A DNA stretch of 64,000 bases, from positions 79,236,001 through 79,300,000 of the forward strand of contig NW_026262690.1 in the NCBI RefSeq assembly GCF_021869535.1. The letters run 5' to 3'. Below, in pieces: positions 40,001-52,500 of this stretch. The notes beneath the pieces are model-generated. The model ran no database searches, had not been told where the DNA came from, and saw only the letters and a list, made by a program, of their open reading frames with translations. Positions within the stretch are counted from its first letter, which is position 1, and each line of letters begins with the position of its first letter. The translations under genes were made by a program, and so were the position numbers. The stretch comes from Mytilus californianus. Taxonomy: Eukaryota.

Positions 40001-43000
40001 CGGCATCTATCCTTGTTTCAGGCGCTTTTGGGTCTGATTCCAATAGTCTGACGTTGCTGAGCTATAAATTTGAGAAAAGAAATTTTCATTTTCCATCGAA
40101 AACCAGAAATTAACTGCAGCTCAGTGGTTGGTTATTAGGTACTGACATGATTTATGATAATATTTTTTTTAAATTCTCCGTTGATCAATTCAGAAATTAT
40201 TAAGAAACTACGGCCCACAACTCCCTAAGGCAAAGTTAGATTGAACAATGTTTAATTTTTCAAAACAGCACAAAAGACAAATAAACAATAGAAATATAGG
40301 AATTCGGAAACGAGAAAAACTTATAGAAATCCGTCTCCTTAACTCAGGCAAAGTTGACATTAGATGAATTAGGCTATTCGTTTCAAAGGGTCAATAGCTA
40401 CGAGATACGAAAAAAATTAGAATATGATTTTGTTTGGTTCAATCATTAATAAAAGTGAAATAATGAAATAATAATTTGCTTTTAGCAGCCAATTTGGTCC
40501 AATTTTGTCAAAGTAAGCAAAGAAACATAGCTGTTGAATTATTCACTTGCAAGTGAATAATTCAACCTCATTGAATCCGTATTCATGTGACCTTCAATTT
40601 AACCCATTAGCTAGAGATTGGTCACGCATGTTTTAGTCGTATTTAGCCATTAAAAGGAAAAATAATGTCAACATTGAAAGTGAAACAAAGGTGAACCATT
40701 TCGTTGGCTGATTCGATCCACAAAAAATCATTCTTATACAGGTAAAAACGATAATTAACTTATTTTTTAAACCCATTACATGAAATCAAACAGACATAGA
40801 AAAATTCAATTGCACGAGGTCGCTTTCTATTTATATTTATGTTTATGTTTATATCGGGTTATGTGACCGTCGACAGTCTTCGGAGGTCATCTCGATAGTT
40901 AATTAGATGGCGTCTAGACTAAAATACACACGAAATTCTGATAAATATTATCGAGTAAATGCATGGTTAACTATTTATTTCAGACTTATTTCAATTTGGA
41001 TATAAGTTTAAGTATGTTATAAATTAAATATGAGAATTTGAGTCAACCGGTGAACATGATTTTGACACCTAATGCCTCTCTAAGTTTATTTTAGTCATAA
41101 GGCTCCTCGCGCATTTTAGGTGAATAAATACATGGATATCTTTCTATCTTGGCAATTAAATATTGTAATTTTTGGAGCGGAAAAAATCAATTCTCATTAC
41201 ACGAATAACTTCAAGTATTTACCCGAAGATTCATTTCACATTTTGAGACGACATCGATGTGAACTTTAGCAATCAACTGAACTCCGGCTTTTTCCTCGGA
41301 TGCTCCTTGTACTGTTGTGTCGACTTCGGTTGTGTAGTCATATTCGTAGGTTTTCCCGGTTTCGTATCCAAATTTCTTTGTTTCTGCAATGTATGTATGT
41401 ATGATATGCTAAAAATATTTTTTCTAAATCTGCATAATCTAAAATTCAAACATGAAATAGTATAGGATTAGCAAAAATAGAGATAGAGGTTGTCTTATAT
41501 TAAAAAAAAAGAGTTAATTTTTAAATTACTTGAACCTAATGATGGAAAAATTATTTTTATTTATACGAGCTCACTTCATGCTATCCTAAGTTTTGCTTAA
41601 ACTTGATTTGTATGTTCTTAGTGGATTTATGAGAAAAATGTATAACAAAATACGCCTAACTCCAAGGTAAATTCAAAAAGGGGATATCCATAAAAAATGT
41701 CAAAATCAAACGTTATATAAACAAGCATTCTGAGAGTTTTGCATGGCAATAAATAGTCCCCTACCGGGTAAAAATTCATTTTACTGGAACAAAATGCTTA
41801 CTTGTTCTATAACTTGTCATGGTGTAAACAAAAAGAAAATATCAAGTCAATATCTTCAAGCATGACTAAAAACAGTGTGGAAAACTGAATATATGAGTGA
41901 ATTTTTTCAAGTCCAAGGACCATAACTCTGCACAAAATTATCAGACCGAAACAAAAATTTGAACTTGATCTGTAACTTGTTATGATAAAACTATAGACCA
42001 ATTGTCAATCAATATCTTCAAGCATGATGAAAAAAAGTGTGGAAAACCTATAACACTCTAACATTAGATATGATTAATAGTTCTCTAAAATTAGATATGA
42101 TGTAATACAATGTATACCTATTTTAAAATTACAATCAAATATAATTAATAGTTCCAAATATTTTTTCTTTCATTTGTCACAAACTAATATAGATTTGTAA
42201 CTTATCTACAAAATGTCAACAACTTTTATCTACACAATGTAATGTAATGAAATATACACCTTAATAAAAATAGATTATTATCTAATTAAAGGATTTCACT
42301 TAATAAAATATATATATATATATATACATGTAGCATTCAGATAATTAGTTTATACAAAATAACATATAAACCTGCCACAAAAATCCTCAATCAATTTACC
42401 AAACAATGTCTTTTAAAAAATGAGTTATCTCCCTTTGTACAGATATATGGTTTAACATAGTACTCTAACATTAGTTATGGAGTTTTTTTATGGACCATAA
42501 ATCTGGACTAAATCATCAGACCGGAACAAAATTCGAACTTGATCTATAACTTGTCATGATAAAACTATATACCAAATATCAAATCAATATCTTCAAGAAC
42601 GAAGAAAAAAAGTGTGGAAAACTGAGTTGCCGGACTGACGAATGGACAGAAGGACAGACGGACAGAGTGCAAACCTAAAGTCCTCTTCGAATTCGTCGGT
42701 AGGGGACTAAAAAGGAACGAGTGAAAAACAACTATCATATTCCTGGCTTGGTACAAGCATTTTCCGAAGATAAAGAAGATTTGAACCTCGGTACACTACT
42801 TTTGTCTCTAATTTTACGCCTAATTAAATGAAATTATCTTACCTGTACAACGTGTTGAACATGATCCTGTGCTAATAATTGGTCCTGAAAATAGAAAAAA
42901 AATGGTTCAATGGTTTTGAAAATTTAAAATATCTACTCCATTGAACAATTATGAGAAACACCAACCGGATACTAATTGAAATGTTAACAATTGATGAGCA

Positions 43001-44269
43001 TGTGCTAATAATATAAAATTACTTTAGCATACTTTAAAACTTAAAGTTTAGCTGATTTAACGACAAAATTCATTGAAATACACCAAAACATTATATGTGT
43101 TTGGTCAGCTTGCATTTTTCGGGCTGCTGTCTAATCCAGGTGTTAATTCAAAATCTCCATTTCTTCTTCTTGAAAGAAAAGAATTCAAAAAGGGGAAGTC
43201 CGTAAAAACTGACAAAATCAAAAGTTATCAACCAACGGGACAAATGGAAAACAACTATTATATTCCTGAATTGGTACAGGCATTTTCTGAAGAAAATGGT
43301 GGGTTAAAGCTGGTTTTATAGCTATCTTAACCTCCAACTTTTATGGCAGTTGTTTACAGTCCCGTTATAATGAGAGAAAAAATGGGTGAGCATCCCAAAC
43401 AGACATAATAGATTAATGTGACAATGTTGGGATCCAGCAGCCAAAACTGTGTATACAAACACAACTGACTCAAATCTTCAATAAACATAAAAAGACGCCA
43501 AAATAAAGTTGTAGTTGATAGTAATTTTGACAAAGACGACAAGAAAAAAGTTTTTGTAGATGATAATAAATTGACAAAAACGCCGATAAAAAGGTTTTGT
43601 AGTTGATAATACATATCGTGTATAGTATACACGTTCTCGATAAAGTATATATTAAGTAAACTATAAATACAAGAGTAGGCAAAATGGAAAAAAAAACATT
43701 GTAAAAACCTCTTGCGTCCAAATTGCACATAAATGAGATTACACGAATACAGTATCTTAAATAATCTAGCAAATTAATGACGTGCAAAATTGCTTGGAAT
43801 CCTTTATTCAACTCTGCGAAAGTTCGTGCCGTCGAAAATTTGATAGTAAATTCACAAATCAATAACATAATAAATCAATTATAATAAAGGGCCTAAGAAA
43901 AAAATTAACCGATCAAAACTAAAAAGAAACAAATTAATGGATCAAAACTAAAGGCTTCTGGACACAAGACTGGTGGGGAGGAACATTAACGTGACAATAA
44001 AATAATTGCAAGAAATAAATCTATCACAGAAAAATTAAATTCAATACAAAAAAAAAAATGAAAAATGTTTTTCATATTTGAAATATACCACTGTTTAATA
44101 ACAAATTTATAAAAAGTAAGTTATATATTTCTTTTTTATAAAAAAAATAAAATTGTCTGCAAAATTAAAAAAGAAAAATAACTGTCAAATAAAAATCACA
44201 AAAAAATTACAACTTACCCGCCAATGTTGATGCCACGAAGGCAAGCAGTAGGAAAAACGTATGCCCCAT
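15035..44269 (-). CDS. Apolipophorin/apoB-like large lipid transfer protein (LLTP), 30 coding exons, ~4,940 aa
   Basis: Hand-spliced exons with GT-AG and matching phases: 44218-44269, 42843-42884, 41223-41383, 39813-40061, 39489-39641, 38997-39192, 38554-38800, 37978-38143, 37459-37632, 37021-37170, 36232-36807, 35639-35982, 34970-35152, 34419-34680, 33940-34084, 32268-32525, 31587-31844, 31135-31369, 30402-30618, 20966-29587, 20244-20576, 19830-19992, 19467-19651, 18726-18976, 18468-18561, 17891-17978, 17099-17301, 16520-16847, 15837-16036, 15035-15322 (sum 14,823 nt, open to TGA). LLTP motifs: CSTRC..FGYETGKTYEY, WVLNIKRGILS, LRSLGNAG, VRLSAIQAFRR, ELRIASY, EEVNQVGSYVWSHL, N(V)TFDLFGHSVNLLEIG-type strand, VWD HFTTFDG and GLLGT. 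Confidence 0.93.
16520..20576 (-). CDS. LLTP exons 21-28: end of beta-sheet and helical pre-VWD region
   Basis: DIQLDYKML..., VLSPIK..., KNPDNTL...HTRVHWRP, AELTKR..., GEFAEDC..., RLDAYS..., DYKNSVG..., GSSAYKYW...; GT-AG and phases consistent. Confidence 0.85.
20966..29587 (-). CDS. LLTP exon 20, giant 8,622-nt exon (2,874 codons), amphipathic beta-strand repeats
   Basis: Single open frame (track ORF 20957-29485), CAG acceptor 29588-29590, GTAATT donor 20960-20965, phase 0/0. Confidence 0.95.
30402..35982 (-). CDS. LLTP exons 12-19: lipid-binding beta-sheet region (DUF1943/DUF1081-like)
   Basis: GDLYMRVFGNELL, IPTMAGFPLNL, GLELCAELQYPNAS...APYFPMTGP, FSTPGS. Exon 19 (30402-30618) is absent from the ORF track but is required to bridge phase 2 to phase 0. 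Confidence 0.88.
30695..30737 (+). ncRNA. Hammerhead ribozyme motif with impaired helix III, in LLTP intron 18 (antisense)
   Basis: GTACCA-CTGACGA-GAAA(ttct)TTTC-GAAA-CGCAG-TTA-TGGTGC; helices I and II pair fully, C15.2/U16.2 mismatch. Confidence 0.6.
32737..33719 (+). mobile_element. HINE (DINE-1/pearl-like non-autonomous Helentron) with ~160-bp core repeats
   Basis: T-rich start, subterminal IR TACGCCCGTC / GACGGGCGTA, (CTGT/CCGT)n microsatellite, 4+ core repeats (starts near 33001, 33163, 33325, 33479), 3' hairpin GCGCTCATGGCGC. Confidence 0.8.
36232..41383 (-). CDS. LLTP exons 3-11: Vitellogenin_N (LPD_N) beta-barrel and alpha-helical domain
   Basis: Translations ETKKFGYETGKTYEYDY..., LSNVRLLESDP...FSFQDGRIEELC...WVLNIKRGILS, TDITGECKAAY, C..EEHVLRPFS, FFLDAIPMLGT, LRSLGNAG, EEVNQVGSYVWSHL; all phases match. 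Confidence 0.92.
38261..38520 (+). mobile_element. Short HINE-type element
   Basis: ATGCCCCAC / GTGGGGC subterminal IR, CCGT/CTGT microsatellite, 3' hairpin GTGTACTATGGACAC then TTCTTGTT. Confidence 0.65.
41800..42713 (-). mobile_element. Interrupted HINE-type element (reverse orientation)
   Basis: GACGGACAGA microsatellite and ...GTAGGGGACTAAAAA end; two similar core copies at about 41800-42050 and 42490-42620. Confidence 0.45.
42843..42884 (-). CDS. LLTP exon 2 (42 nt, GPIISTGSCSTRCT)
   Basis: Pyrimidine tract plus CAG acceptor, GTAAGA donor, phase 1/1, N-terminal CxxxC typical of apoLp/apoB. Confidence 0.8.
44218..44269 (-). CDS. LLTP exon 1, signal peptide MGHTFFLLLAFVASTLA
   Basis: ATG at 44269, hydrophobic core, GTAAGT donor, phase 1, TATA box just upstream. 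Confidence 0.88.
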
Positions 44270-44329
44270 TATGAAGCTGGCGGTTTGTGCTCGGTCGCAG
44301 TTTTCTAAAGCAATGTGAGGCTTAGTCAC

Positions 44330-44336
44330 TTATATA
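44330..44336 (-). promoter_or_regulatory. TATA box (TATATAA) of the LLTP gene
   Basis: TATATAA on the minus strand about 60 nt upstream of the ATG. Confidence 0.65.
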
Positions 44337-44659
44337 CTACCCCAGAGTTCAAAGTGACATTTAACTAATGAATTTTGATATGTAATTAATGCTGACATAT
44401 TTGGGACTTTGTAACCGTGTCAATCATATTTTATCGAGATATATTTACGCATGTAAATGTTTGTGTTTTTTGTTTGTTTGTAAAAGTGTAGGTCGATGTA
44501 CTATTTGATTTTGATATGTACACAGTTCATTTAGATATGATGAACTATTTTAAAAATGAATTATTATAGGAAATATAAAAATTTGACTTTCATATGAAGC
44601 TTTATTTGGTGATCTTCAACTTTGTACTTTATTTGGCCTTTTTAACTTTTTGAAATTGA

Positions 44660-44702
44660 GCTTCACTGATGAGCCTTTGTAGACGAAACGCGTGTCTGGC
44701 GT
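44660..44702 (+). ncRNA. Degenerate Penelope-type minimal hammerhead motif
   Basis: GCTTCA-CTGATGA-GCCT(ttgt)AGAC-GAAA-CGCGT-GTC-TGGCGT; core intact, one mismatch each in helices I and II. Confidence 0.6.
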
Positions 44703-45691
44703 ACAAAGTTTTTCTCTTTTTGTCTTTGATGAGTTTATATACTTAGCTTAGGAAGTCCATTATGAAAGATAATTTGCTATCTGTGCACTTACTACAACAT
44801 TTGTTTTGTTCTTTTTCTCGTCAAATTATATACATTAAACATGTTGAAAGAGAATACAATTTAGATGAACTCTTTTTTTTCAACTTAGAATTTAGGAACA
44901 TAGGAATATTAAAGCCGAAAACCTATATAGAGGGTGGGGTTTGGTAAAACCATCCCGAATTTCCACAAAAATAAACGCTGAATCCGGCATTCCCGAAAAA
45001 AAACGAGCATTCTTTTCCTGATCCCTAAAAATTTAGCATTAATTCCCCGTATCACGATAACTGTTAATCCCTAAATCCCACAAAAATGAAGGCCCAACCA
45101 AGACGTGCCGAAAAAGATCTCTCCGACTCTCTGTATGAAGTAAGATGACAAGAAAAGTTTGTTCCAGTACATTAACTTATATAATGGATAATATGCTAAA
45201 AAAAAAAAACTCGTAGGTTATGAGAGTAAACTCGACAGAACACAAGTTTTACGACTTTTTTATAATTCAGTAATTTTCCGGTAATGTTTTTTTTTTTTGT
45301 CTTCTTTTGTGTACTTTATGTTAGATCACTAATCAAGGTTAAACAGGGGGAGGGTTGAGATCTAAAAAGAAAAATAGTTTAAACCGGCCACACGGTTATG
45401 TGCCTGTCTTAATTCACGGACCTCGTCAGAGGTTTGTCTGTTGTCAAATCTTGATGTTTTTTGATGTTTTTTAGGATTTAATTAAATTTGTATTTTTTCA
45501 AAACTTTTTTACGACTTGGGCGATGTAGAGCTTGACATAAAGTATAGACTGAACAGTTGTCCCATTGGAACTTATACCACATACTAATAGAACAACGACT
45601 GAATGTGTTGCGTTTTTTTTAAATTTTTATGAAATAAAATGTTGTTAAAAAAAAGAAAATCAAATTTGATTTAATGATGAGGAGGCATTAA

Positions 45692-45797
45692 CTTTAAACG
45701 TGATGTTTTTCAAATGTAATTTTGTTTTCTCTATCGATGTCTATTAGCAACACCGATAGAGAAAACAAAATTAAATTTGAAAACATCACGTTTAAAG
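45692..45797. repeat. 106-bp near-perfect hairpin
   Basis: Arms of about 48 bp (CTTTAAACGTGATGTTTT...CTCTATCG / CGATAGAG...AAAACATCACGTTTAAAG) with a 9-nt loop. Confidence 0.85.
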
Positions 45798-48225
45798 ATA
45801 TAGACATCCTACATTGTTAACACTAAATATATAAAAGGCCTATCATCTAATCTAACAGTATTAGAAACAGTTACATATTTGTTTTCGTAACCTATACGGG
45901 TCTACGACATTCCTTATAGAAAAGAAAGCCCATACAGCTCAGGCACTTTATAGATAGAAATAAGAAGATGTGGTATGAGTGCCAATGAGACAACCCTCAA
46001 TCCAAGTCACAATGTGTGAAAAATAAACAATTATAGGTCAAAGTATTGCCTTCAACACGGACACAGCTCTGGTCCATTCTACTATTTTGATATGAAATAA
46101 AGATTTGTGGTATGAATTTTAATGAGACAGCTATTCACCAGACACCAAATGACGTAGGTGTCAGCTACTTTATGTCATCTTATAGCCTTCGTGATTGGAC
46201 CAAAACCCATACCGTCCAAGTCGGAAACTTTGTAAGTTGTAGTCTTTTGTTTGAATCTTTAAGTTTGTTGTCCTTTAAGGAATTCGGTGTTGATGGTAGG
46301 ACTTTGATATATAAATAAGGAGATGTGGTACGATTGCAAGTGAAACAATTAACTACCAGAGACCAAAGGACGAGGTTGTAAAAAACTGTAGGTCAGCGTA
46401 TCGCCTTAAACAATGAACAAAATCCATACCGTAAAGTAAGATGTAAAGGCCCCGTTATGTAAAAATAACAAACAAGTTAACAATTCAAATGAAAAAACGA
46501 ACGATCTGAATTATAATAAAACAATTAAAAACAAACAAACATGGCTGACATGAACCAATAACAACCACTATATCACAGTTTCCTGCCTTAGGCCAGGCAT
46601 ATAAATAATGTGGCGGGGTTAAACAAGTCTGAGAGAACCCAACCCTTTCCTAATGTGGGACAGTTGTAGAGGGGTGTTTGAGCACAACCTAAGAACAAAC
46701 TTTAAAAAACTTTTGTAAATGGCTTAACTCAATAGACTGGTACGAAGCACAAAAACAACTAACTTAAAAACAAAAGACATAATGTATCGATCAAAGAGTA
46801 TTTGCAGTTACTGAAAGCTATTTTAAAGCCTTTTACAACTAATAAGTATGTCGTGTTCTCTAACGTATCAATCAGTACACCTGCAATGGATTTGGTGCAA
46901 AGACGTCATAAACAGCATTGTCCTTTGAGTGTTTGTGTCGTTGTGTTATTGTCACAATGACAGATACCGTACATCTCCTCTTATTCACAATTATGAATAA
47001 TATGATAAAGTAAATTGCCGATCAAAAAAGGTAGAAAAAAATTGACACCATGTATTCTTAGTTAACTGATACTAAAGGGGAAAACAGCGTAGCAATTTTG
47101 GAATATTGAAAAAAGTAAAATGACATCTTATTGTGGTAAATTGTGTCACTCAATGCTTGCCACTGTGAATATTTGAAAGGAGTAATCAAGTTTGATATAT
47201 GTTCAAGCAATTTCAACTTTTTTGTTTATATCAATCTTTTGGCAATTTTCTTTAAGAAAATAAGTAGTTTATCATTTTCTGAAAAACGAAATTCAGTAGA
47301 ATGGATTCAATAAATCTGATCAAAATACATATTATGTGTTCAAGCTTTGTTTACAAGGATCTGACAACACTCTATTTTACTTTCTGATCTGGTTATTTGT
47401 GTCTTATGTTTGCTGTCTCATTCATTGTTGTCTGCTCTATGGTCGGGTTGTTGTCTCTTTGACACATCCCCATTTCCATTCTCAATTCTATGTATGCCCT
47501 TACCTCATTTTATTCATATGACTGTCAAAGCTTTGATAAATATAGTCGCTTGTGTGGACAGTATATAACTTGCAAATTATTTCTTATACCTTCCAAATAT
47601 ATTTCTTTTTATTCTATGCATAAAATAGTAAGGAAGGGGATGAAATTACATGTAAAAAAAATTGCGGGCATGAATTTTGAAGTAAAGCAGTGATTTGTTA
47701 CAGTTAAAAATGTAAAGAATTAGTATGTCTGAAGCTGTCATACGGAATTATAGACCCCCTTTACATTAAATTATCCATATTTTGATAGAATTTTCTATAG
47801 TTTTGATATAATTTATGCCAAAAATGGTACACTACGCTGTAAATATCTTATTGGGATAGAAAAGTTGCGGGGTTTTTTTTATTTGCATTTATTGTCTAAA
47901 AGAAATGCACTACGAAATGACTGTGTTCTCGGGCCAATAGCGATGGCGGGGCTGACCTTCTTAACTGATGATTTTACAAAAGTACTAGATCATTATAGTT
48001 CATAAGAGACTGAACATTCAGATCCATTTACCAATAGCAGTACACTTCATCAGCATTGGGTTGGTGTGAAGTCAACATTCGAAAGTACATCCGATATCTT
48101 CATATCAGTATGACATTGTACCAAGTACTATAATAACGTAATAATCTATATTTAACTTTATTTCTGCAACTTAAGCAGATCGTAAATGTACAAGTGATAA
48201 ATGAGATATTTTATTAAATATTGAC

Positions 48226-48535
48226 CACATCGGGTTCGACTGGTAGCATGTTGGCCTCGATTACGGGTCCAAGAATTTTGTTCGACCCCCTGATTGGTCT
48301 ATCAAATGACTTTAGAATTGATGTTTACTGCTTCTCCATACAGCATGATTCATTCATGAGTAAGAGCAAGGATTGGTTTACTTGAAGAAAGAAAAGTGTG
48401 TCTTTGTAGCGTGTATGTTATCTTGTTATTGTGTTTCCTAGCACATACACATGCAACTAAACGTGCTGGCCTTGTACAAAAAAGTATATTCATCCTAAAA
48501 TTGCATGTAATATTTGTCGCTGGATATCAGACATA
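48226..48535 (+). mobile_element. Decayed tRNA-derived SINE (molluscan, Meta-domain-like)
   Basis: B-box GTTCGACCC at 48280-48288, central GACTTTAGAATTGATGTTTACTGCTTCTCC...GAGTAAGAGCAAGGATTGG domain recalled from bivalve SINEs, ends in a (CAT)n tail. Confidence 0.55.
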
Positions 48536-48611
<76 letters not shown>

Positions 48612-48619
48612 GTCGTCGT
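48536..48619. repeat. (CAT)25(CGT)3 microsatellite
   Basis: Direct reading; produces the spurious poly-Ile track ORF. Confidence 0.97.
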
Positions 48620-49048
48620 TGTCGTTTTCTCCGTCCTTAGTATTATAGATAAAGACTATAAATTCTTACCGGATATTTTAGCCAATTTATGTTGAGAACT
48701 TAATTTACGCATGAATTACTACGCTAGAGATTTTTATAAATGACCAAATCAAAGTCAATAAAGAGCATAGAAGTATATTTTATCAAATGATCATCTTTAC
48801 TCACAATTAAAACAATACGACTCGTCTGATTGGCACGGAGCACAGCCATTACTAGTACTCCCATAAGAACACCATGTACCGATCTAAGAGTAATCGCAGC
48901 TACTGAACACTATTTTGAAAACAATTACAACTAATGTATACTGAATACTAATCCATTTGAAGATATCAATCAATGCACTTCCCATAAATTAAGTATTAAA
49001 GCTTCATAAACAGTCTAGAAAAGCGAAATATTTTACAACGCCAAAATA

Positions 49049-49375
49049 TAAGTATCGACAGGCTGTCTGTATAACCATAAGTATCGACAGGCTGTCTGTA
49101 TAACTATAAGTATCGACAGGCTGTCCGTATGACCATCAGTATCGACAGGCTGTCCGTATAACCATAAGTATCGACAGGCTGTCCGTATAACCATAAGTAT
49201 CGACAGGCTGTCTGTATAACCATAAGTATCGACAGGCTGTCCGTATAACCATAAGTATAGACAGGCTGTCCGTATAACCATAAGTATCGACAGGCTGTCC
49301 GTATAGCCATAAGTATCGACAGGCTGTCCGTATAACCATAAGTATCGACAGGCTGTCTGTATAACCATAAGTATT
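49049..49375. repeat. 29-bp minisatellite, ~11 copies
   Basis: Unit AGTATCGACAGGCTGTCCGTATAACCATA, head-to-tail without unique spacers. Confidence 0.95.
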
Positions 49376-49387
49376 CATAATATAGTT

Positions 49388-49500
49388 TTGTGAAAGAACG
49401 TTTCGCTCTTTTTCTCAAAAAGTTCATTGGAAAGTACCAAGACCTAATAGATAAATGTTCAGTGTCAACTTCACAAATAATGCAGGATGGTCTTAAGTTA
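49388..49500 (+). mobile_element. Penelope-like RT C-terminal remnant
   Basis: VKERFALFLKKFIGKYQDLIDKCSVSTSQIMQDG, paralogous to 58116-58230. Confidence 0.6.
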
Positions 49501-52500
49501 TAGATTCCAGGTGCTGACTCTGTGTAGAATTTGTACTATCATGTTCCATTTGGTCGTATGGCTCTTGTGGTTCGCTATAAGTGAATCCAGCTTTCAGGCT
49601 TTTGGTATTTGACGTTCCTTATGCGTTTGGTCCAGAGATGTGATTCGGACACATGAGGGTTTTATAGTTTTGTTTTCATTTAGCAAACCCTTATTTTCAT
49701 ATTTGACTTATTTTGTATTTTATCGGGAAATTGTATTATGTCATTATGCTTTACTATACTGACTGTATTATCAACTACAAACTTTTTTTTGTTGGCGTCT
49801 TTGTTTGATTTAATTGTAAGTGTGTTTGAACGTTTAATTCAGTTGTGTTGTATGTCTTTGATGTTGTTTACACAGTTTTGGCTGCTGGATCCCAGTTTTG
49901 GTCCCGTTAACCAATTATGTCTTTGGGTTACTCACCCAATTTGGCAATATTACAGAACATCTTCTCTAATACAAGTGGGCGTTTAATCTATCTAGAAAAC
50001 CATGTTTAATTCCCCATTTTCTTAGGAAAATGCCTGTGCCAAGGCATGAATATTGACAGTTGTTCCTGTGTTTTTTAAACAATAATGTTTTTCCCCCCAA
50101 TTTTTAAAAGAATGTTTTGCAATAACGAATAAGCGGCAACAGATCTTTCACGATCCTTTTCACGATCAACAAAAAGCTGGATCCGATCTTTTACGATCCG
50201 AAATATCAAATTTTTACTAGTATTCCCCTTCTTATAAAACTAAAACAAAATAACTTTAAGAACCATTTTAAAAAGTAATATAGAACGATATATTTAAGAG
50301 AAAATTAGTTTATGCATTCAAAATATGAAAAAAGTCATGTTTCTTTACATATTTTTATTTCGTTGAAATTTCGATGAGCAATCTGTCTTTAGTTTCGTAA
50401 AACGGAGTACTTTTAAACCTTGATTTTTCACTGATCATAATGTTAAACCATTTTGACAGACAGTTTTATTTTCCCAATATTTGTCATTATAATAAATTAA
50501 ATTAAATTATTTAATACCGCTGCATGTGTATTCTCGATAAGATTTCTTTCACGATCCTATACCAGATATTTCACGATTCAATCGCAATACTTGACCACCA
50601 CAATGACATTTCTATTAACATAAACACAGACTTAATCTCCTATAGCCTTATACTTATAGTTTGGCATTGTACAAGCCATGTATTTATACTGATTGAACTA
50701 CATTAATTAATATAAATTTGTTTTTCAATTTGTAGTATCGAATGGATGAGCCAAGTCATTTCCAACTGACTTTTGTAGCTTTTTGTTAATGTTGTGCTGT
50801 TAAACCACTGTCCAAGGTAAGTTCTCAAATATGTTTTTCCCCGTTATTCATCATGTGCATGTCGAAAGTCAGGAGCCTGTACAGTTTTTGCCTTTTGTTG
50901 CTGTTTGCCATAATTGTTTTAGCATTAATCCGGCCGTTAGTTTTCTTTTGTTGAATATTTCACAATTAGCCATTGCAAGAAGTATTACAGATTTTACAGA
51001 TTACTATACGGCCTGGATTTTGCTCATTGATTAGGCCGTATGCTGACCTGCAAGTGTGTTTACATCTTTGTACCTGTAGCTTGTTCTTCAATAAAAAGTT
51101 GTCTCATCGGCAATCCCATCAGATCTCCATATTTGTGTTTTTAATGTTTCTGTTGTATCTTTTATTTCAAGTTTAAAAGGATATATGTAGACTATAAATC
51201 ATATCAGTACCGAAGCACTTGACTACTAAGCTGATGGTACCTCGGGAGACTAACAGTCCACTAGCAGGGGTATCGACCAAGTGCTTCATTTGAAATGAAG
51301 TGCAACTAAAACGCTTTTCTGTATATAGCTTCATTAGGAACGCAGAAACAAAATTAAAACAGAGGAATGTTTTAAGAATTTAGGAGCTTTATAATCATAG
51401 GGGATCGAAAAAGAACATTCAATACCATTTAAGATCAAATTTACCTGTATATATGTAGTATTTAACCAAAGTTAAGTAGCAATTAATAGATCCTTCACAT
51501 TATTTTGTATTTAATTGTCAAAATGCGTTATACATATTCAATAAGCCGACTTTCGTTTTAATTATGAATTATAGCGCCAATTGCGTTGCCATTTTGGTAA
51601 CAATGCATCCATCGTAGGTAACTGCAAAAGTAATAGCTTTTCTGATGACTTTGTAATAGACAAGTAATAGCTTTTCTAAAAAGCTTGTGATTAGGAAAGA
51701 TAGCTTTTGTATAAAGATTGTTTTTGGACAAAAAATAGTTATTTTTAAGTTTGGAATAAAAAAGCTATTACCTAATACTATCTAAAAACTGATTATTAGA
51801 AAAAAGGGCAATTTAGTTTCATCCAGACAGCAATGAATCCAAACATTAGATTAGAATTAGCGGATATCTGTTTCAATGACAGTTTGACGTCCATTGCGTC
51901 TTAAAAGTTGGTAACATTGATGCATGGCTTATTGCACAAGACATTTTCCAAAACCCTGTAGTAGGACAAATAATAGGTTTAACTGAGAAGATGCCGTCTC
52001 AAATCTGATTTTATAGAAAAAGTTTGTTATTTTTGGCATTGTAGTTTCTCATCCTTTCATAATATTCACTGTTGCATATAAGTTGTAGTGGAGTTACAAA
52101 AAAAATCGGTTCGTACATTATTTGATGTTTTCAATATTTCGGTTTAATGTCAAATAAACCTTTAGTCTCTGATGCATGATTTTTTATTATTAATTGTTTT
52201 GGCTTTTAACTAGCTGTCAGTAACTGCGAGTACTCTCAAATCGTACTTTCTTGTTTATTTGACCTGTCGATACTAATTGTAATGCTTTTTTGTTATCTAA
52301 TGTTATCCAGGGTTATATATGGTCTATATACCAGCTTTGATAAGTGTTTGGTATTACTATAAATTTTCACTTCGTACTATGAACATCAAAATTATTTATT
52401 TTGTAAAAATATTTCCTTTCTCTATTGGAACAGTATACGTATACCTAACAACAAAATTATTTTCATTTACCTGTGTTTAAAGTTAGTGCAAATGGCTGAT

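Noticed and set aside
48396-48695. 99-aa ORF with poly-Ile 'transmembrane' run
   Set aside because: It is the translation of the (CAT)n tail of a SINE.
49049-49375. CRISPR-like array or repeat protein (DTYGYTDSLSILMVIRTACRYLWLYGQPV)
   Set aside because: 29-bp units are contiguous without unique spacers, the context is eukaryotic, and ORFs in three frames are an artefact of a stop-free unit.
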